Virus record (IMG/VR): IMGVR_UViG_3300031993_006620
Strand: one strand, 5' to 3'
Source of the DNA: a virus
Taxonomy: Duplodnaviria; Heunggongvirae; Uroviricota; Caudoviricetes
DNA length: 25,276 bases
Shown here: piece after piece, positions 21,232 through 25,276 of the stretch
How the letters are laid out: each line of letters starts with the position of its first letter
How positions within the stretch are numbered: the stretch's first letter is position 1
The notes under the pieces: model-generated
The model's input: the letters and a program-made list of their open reading frames with translations, nothing else
Told to the model about the DNA's origin: nothing
The model's database searches: none
Translations under genes and position numbers: made by a program

Positions 21232-22434
21232 CTATCCTGTATACTCGACGGCAGATTTAATGTCGAGGAATCCGTGGATTCCGGAAGCGCAGGTGGCGTC
21301 GGAGTCGTCGAAGGGGCGATTCGGGACTGCGGTCCGTCCGATCCGGTACTCGTACGTGGGGTCGAACAATGAAGTGATTCGGTAGCGCCACGGCAGTCGG
21401 ATCTCGCTTCCGGTGATGTCGAGCACGGCGACCGGCATCGCCTCGGACACGCGTATCTTGTTATTGGAGCCGATGGAGAAATGCTTGATGGCGTGTTCGG
21501 GCACCTCCAGCTTGACGATTGCCGGCCCCACGCCGACAAATTTACCGAACAGGGTGTAGGTCTTCAGTTTCACCTTCTTGTACAGGGTCATCGGAATTTC
21601 GGGGAAGCCGTGGGATTGGGTCGCGCCGGCGTATTCGACCATGTCGCAGTGGTCGATAAGAGAATCATTGCCCGCCAGGATGTGGACGCTCGCGTCGGTC
21701 AAGGACAGTTTCTTGATGCACGACTTGTTGGCGCGGAGAACATTGATTTTCGACCCGTGGTTCGCGTATATCTTGCAAAGGGAGTCGTAGATCCCAATCC
21801 AGCCACGATTATTCATGTCGACATTGTGCAGTGAAAGGTCGGCTTCGCCGATGGAGCAATTCAGGCACAAGGAGCTCCATTTGAACTCATTGACTATGTC
21901 GTATATGGTGACGTTGCTCCAGTATGCTATTTCTACGCTCACAGGGATGCGTTTGCTGATGTGGACCGTTTGTATGTGCGACATACGAAGGCGAGATAGC
22001 CGAGTATTGTGTATACGGGCGCATGTAATGGAATCATCACGAGCCTTTATGGAGATGTTGTTTCCGTCAGAGTCGTCGATAAACAAATTCGTCCCGTTTT
22101 TCAAATTGATGGTAACGCTGTTGGTAAACGAGCAAAATTTGAACGCGATTGATGCGCACCCTTCGGCATTGATATTGATATCGCCCTCGAAGCGGCAGTT
22201 GTAGAACGTGATTAGGCGGCCGACAAGGTTTATATCGTCATCGCGAAACGTCATATTCTTTACAACGCCGCCGAACAGGAAGGATTCCTTGGGCTCGGCG
22301 GTGCGGGGGTCGGGCATTCCCTGTTGCAATGTAGACCCGCAGAAAGTCGGGTCATTTTTCATTACCGACGACGGGTCTATGATGTCGGTAGTACATGCGT
22401 TCATTTTGTCGTTTGGCTTGGCGTCTTCGCTCAT
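21232..22434 (-). CDS. Beta-solenoid repeat + DUF5758 protein, paralogue 1 (400 aa)
   Basis: ITFYNCRF, FKFCSF; LYKK...IVKLEVPEHA...KIRVSEAMP...CASGIHGFLDIKSAVEY. Confidence 0.75.
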   Translation of the reverse strand: MSEDAKPNDKMNACTTDIIDPSSVMKNDPTFCGSTLQQGMPDPRTAEPKESFLFGGVVKNMTFRDDDINLVGRLITFYNCRFEGDININAEGCASIAFKFCSFTNSVTINLKNGTNLFIDDSDGNNISIKARDDSITCARIHNTRLSRLRMSHIQTVHISKRIPVSVEIAYWSNVTIYDIVNEFKWSSLCLNCSIGEADLSLHNVDMNNRGWIGIYDSLCKIYANHGSKINVLRANKSCIKKLSLTDASVHILAGNDSLIDHCDMVEYAGATQSHGFPEIPMTLYKKVKLKTYTLFGKFVGVGPAIVKLEVPEHAIKHFSIGSNNKIRVSEAMPVAVLDITGSEIRLPWRYRITSLFDPTYEYRIGRTAVPNRPFDDSDATCASGIHGFLDIKSAVEYTG

Positions 22435-22712
22435 GTGGTTTCCTCATCGTTGATTGCTTCTTCCAGTTCTCGGCGCTCGTACTTGGATAGCGCCCTTTCC
22501 TTGTTGGAACGTATTTCGTGCCGGTAGGCCGCCCTGCTGTTGTCGGCCGGGCCCGGTACGGAACAGGTTTCCCTGATCGCGCTGTGCAGGTCGTCGGTGT
22601 CCGCCCCGTACTTCCTCAGGACGTCGGCTCCTGCGCCGTGATTGACCTTGTCGTATTCCATCAGCATACGGCGCAACTTCTTGTCGCGCCTGTCCTTATA
22701 CGTCCGTTTCAT
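22431..22712 (-). CDS. Charged hypothetical protein, 93 aa
   Basis: 4-bp overlap with the next gene; overlaps the upstream gene by 17 nt. Confidence 0.7.
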   Translation of the reverse strand: MKRTYKDRRDKKLRRMLMEYDKVNHGAGADVLRKYGADTDDLHSAIRETCSVPGPADNSRAAYRHEIRSNKERALSKYERRELEEAINDEETT

Positions 22713-23250
22713 TCTTGTCCTTCGCCGTGAGCTCTTTCACTGCGGGGATGAAGAACTGATGCACCATGTAGGTATAGTCGGACATCTGTTCGGGGAATAG
22801 GTCCGGGTTGTCCAGGTATATGGAACCCTGGCGGTATCTTACCGTCCACAATCCGTTCGGTGAACTCAGGCGTCCACAGATGGAATTCGTAGTTTCGCGA
22901 AGGTCCTGCACGATGACCTTGAACGTGCCGTTGTTTATCTTGATCTCGGACTTGCAGTAGAGGTGGAGGGCGCGGACGTGTTTCACGATGAGCGGCAGGA
23001 GCTGGTCAAACGTCTCGGTGTCACGGAACCAGTATTTCTTTAATTTCGGCTCATACAGCTGGATGGTCATTCCGCTGTTGTTCTCGAGGTCACCTGCGGC
23101 CTCAATGAACAAGCGTCCCGAATCCTTGTATACGTATGACAGTTCATTGGACGTGTTGTTTTTTACGGAATACGCGTCCGTAGGAAGTTCGGCGGCCTTC
23201 ATTATTGCTTGTATAGCGTCGTCCCTGGTAAACATAGCGCTGATATCCAT
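22696..23250 (-). CDS. Hypothetical protein, 184 aa
   Basis: Start re-assigned to MDISAMF (AAAGGAGATCTAT-ATG). Confidence 0.8.
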   Translation of the reverse strand: MDISAMFTRDDAIQAIMKAAELPTDAYSVKNNTSNELSYVYKDSGRLFIEAAGDLENNSGMTIQLYEPKLKKYWFRDTETFDQLLPLIVKHVRALHLYCKSEIKINNGTFKVIVQDLRETTNSICGRLSSPNGLWTVRYRQGSIYLDNPDLFPEQMSDYTYMVHQFFIPAVKELTAKDKNETDV

Positions 23251-23269
23251 ATAGATCTCCTTTGTGCCG

Positions 23270-23304
23270 AAATATAGCATATGTAACGGCGAATAGCTAT
23301 ATTT
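23270..23304. promoter_or_regulatory. Divergent promoter region with a 9-bp inverted repeat
   Basis: AAATATAGC-N17-GCTATATTT between divergent starts 23250 and 23314. Confidence 0.45.
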
Positions 23305-23313
23305 GATGTCGAA

Positions 23314-23784
23314 ATGAAGTTCCGAGACATCAAATTTTACGGAAAACTGGCCGCGCTCGCCTTTTCGGCGGCGCTCGGCGTATTTTCCGGCATCCGTGCG
23401 CTGACCAAGTTTGGGTGGCGGATACTGGTCGCGGATAAGTCGATCCGTTACAAAGTCGTCATTATTAATCAGAGTGGCGAAACATGCGCCGTGAGAGACC
23501 GCAACTGGCGGTCATTCCCCGCCATAAACATCAAGTGTTTTCCTTATAGCAATGTGATACATCAGGCGATGATCGACCAGCTTGCCAGGATACACGAGGA
23601 GATGTGTATATATCGCGAGCATATCGATGTTATACCAATCAATTACATGATCTACGTATGCCGTATTATCGAGCCGGCCGAGTTCGACGCAATGTTGGCT
23701 GTAATCGAGAAGATGAACAACAATCCGGAACGGATACTCATGGAATATCGGGCGGGCAGAAAATACGGGGAGCAAGATAGGTGA
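23314..23784 (+). CDS. N-terminally anchored membrane protein A, 156 aa
   Basis: LAALAFSAALGVFSGI hydrophobic segment; ends ILMEYRAGRKY. Confidence 0.8.
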   Translation: MKFRDIKFYGKLAALAFSAALGVFSGIRALTKFGWRILVADKSIRYKVVIINQSGETCAVRDRNWRSFPAINIKCFPYSNVIHQAMIDQLARIHEEMCIYREHIDVIPINYMIYVCRIIEPAEFDAMLAVIEKMNNNPERILMEYRAGRKYGEQDR

Positions 23785-24338
23785 TGACTAGGTTATTCAT
23801 ATTGGCGGGGGTACTGTGTGCCGGCATCGTTTCCGCGTTGCGGAACCGGGCCAAGTATCTGATGGGCAGCAAATCGTTGCCATTCCAACTCCCGTCCAAC
23901 ACGTCGGAGACAATATTGTCGTTGCGCCAAATAGTGTTAGAACTTATCACAGAGACTTCGATTATTGTCCATCCAATTAAGGGCACCGAAATATTAGTTA
24001 TCAACGATAACCAGAAATTAGCTACGTTAACTGGCTTAAATGATGTAGTCAATGCGGCTTTATCATTATTACGAATCAGGAGGGAAATAGCTCCATACCA
24101 CATCGCAACCGTTAGTTGCGGAGCCTATTTCTATAATAGGAAACTTCGTATGTGGCAGGGGGGGTACTGGCCGTCGCAATCGCCGGAGCGGAGCGTCAGT
24201 CCCCGAATGATGCGCCTTATCAAGGCGGTAAGCGCATACGCTGTGGCTAACCACGCAAAGTTAAGGCAAGTCGCCTGTGGCGAGCGATCGCCAGAGGAAT
24301 GCGCCAAGGAATTAATTAAGGAGGCGCGGCTTGATTAA
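23781..24338 (+). CDS. N-terminally anchored membrane protein B, 185 aa
   Basis: GTG start, GGGGAG RBS, 4-bp overlap; LFILAGVLCAGIVSAL. Confidence 0.8.
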   Translation: MMTRLFILAGVLCAGIVSALRNRAKYLMGSKSLPFQLPSNTSETILSLRQIVLELITETSIIVHPIKGTEILVINDNQKLATLTGLNDVVNAALSLLRIRREIAPYHIATVSCGAYFYNRKLRMWQGGYWPSQSPERSVSPRMMRLIKAVSAYAVANHAKLRQVACGERSPEECAKELIKEARLD

Positions 24339-24801
24339 GGTTTTCCTTGCATTGTTGGCTTTAGTGGCCGGAATCTTTAGATCGTGTCGGAGGCTGGTTA
24401 CGCATATATACGATACCAGATTGGTTCAGTACAAGTTTCACGGGGTAATATTCCATAAGAGGCGCGGAGGAACATACCGTATATATTCAGGCTTTGTGTG
24501 CAATGGAGCATTCCGTGAACTTACCGACGAGCTGGATATCATCATAATGGCAGCCAATCTGTGGGAAGCCATAACAACGGCCAAATTGTTCGCCAAATCG
24601 GTCAATGATGCATTGGGTTACCCATCCGACCCGCATGTATTGGTATTTGTTACTGATAATGAGTACAGCCGTATAACGTCGTACATCACGATATCAACAT
24701 GGTTTCTTCTGCCGTTTTACAACGCCAAGAAGAAAGCCGTCATTGAATATCGTAGTAAAGGAAAGTGGATTTATGATGCCCGTGCGTTATGTGTCGTTTA
24801 G
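24331..24801 (+). CDS. N-terminally anchored membrane protein C, 156 aa
   Basis: TTG start with AAGGAGG RBS; VFLALLALVAGIF; ends AVIEYRSKGKWIY... Confidence 0.8.
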   Translation: MIKVFLALLALVAGIFRSCRRLVTHIYDTRLVQYKFHGVIFHKRRGGTYRIYSGFVCNGAFRELTDELDIIIMAANLWEAITTAKLFAKSVNDALGYPSDPHVLVFVTDNEYSRITSYITISTWFLLPFYNAKKKAVIEYRSKGKWIYDARALCVV

Positions 24802-25276
24802 GTTAGCCGCGTGGATATTGGTCGGGCTGGTTATATGCGCCGGACTGCGCCATTCCGTGCAGAATATGCTTAAATACGGCGTGTTCAACTGGGGCTCGAA
24901 ACGGTACCATTTCCGCGCAATGTTTTATTACGCACCGCTGAAGAGGTTCTATCGTATCGCCGATGTACGCGAGGGTCCCCCGTTCACGAAGATACATACC
25001 GGTCTCGACTTGATTGTACCAGGCAAAGACTATTACGAGGCCACCAAGGTCATCATGAAGTTCGAGTCAGATATGAATAAATGCTTTACGATGGAGTTCA
25101 AGTCGGTTTCCATTGCCTATGCATTGTGGAAGGATGATTCCGGCGAACTGATCAACAATATCCAGTGGAGCCAGATTGATATAGCGAGACCGAATAAAAC
25201 GATTATGCGTCAGCTCGAAGCAACCCGTCGTCAACTAGTACTGGAATACCGGTCGAAGGGAATTTGGGTCACATGA
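24773..25276 (+). CDS. N-terminally anchored membrane protein D, 167 aa
   Basis: Start re-assigned to ATG 24773 (AAAGGA RBS); LAAWILVGLVICAGL; ends LVLEYRSKGIWVT*. Confidence 0.75.
   Translation: MMPVRYVSFRLAAWILVGLVICAGLRHSVQNMLKYGVFNWGSKRYHFRAMFYYAPLKRFYRIADVREGPPFTKIHTGLDLIVPGKDYYEATKVIMKFESDMNKCFTMEFKSVSIAYALWKDDSGELINNIQWSQIDIARPNKTIMRQLEATRRQLVLEYRSKGIWVT

Noticed and set aside
1-25276. Stop-codon recoding, tRNA or rRNA genes
   Set aside because: TAA, TAG and TGA all end genes cleanly at element or next-gene boundaries, and I saw no cloverleaf or rRNA-like sequence.

Overview
This window looks like part of a large, uncultured tailed-phage genome; a plasmid/ICE leading region is less likely but not excluded. 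It has no capsid, terminase, polymerase, integrase, rRNA, tRNA or CRISPR. There are three zones. (1) 1-16.6 kb is a minus-strand array of about 36 short, mostly unknown genes, including ArdC, DUF2958, a YopX-like protein and small zinc-finger and membrane proteins. 25 of these genes are each preceded by a 34-bp element of invariant geometry, CCGGGGYTCC-N10-NAT-N5-CTATAC (minus strand), followed by an AAGGAG RBS. A third box, CACTGCCG, often lies exactly 8 nt further upstream. The element does not resemble a sigma70 promoter. I read it as a dedicated early/host-takeover promoter that also delimits gene cassettes. (2) 16.62-17.08 kb is non-coding, with 11-bp tandem repeats, an A/T-run block and a four-tract G-quadruplex motif; it is a candidate genome end, packaging site or origin. 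(3) 17.08-25.28 kb holds four tandem beta-solenoid + DUF5758 paralogues, three hypothetical genes, and a divergent, lower-GC run of four N-terminally membrane-anchored proteins. Domain calls come from motif recognition, not database searches. Many starts were re-assigned from the RBS, and several small genes are absent from the supplied ORF track.
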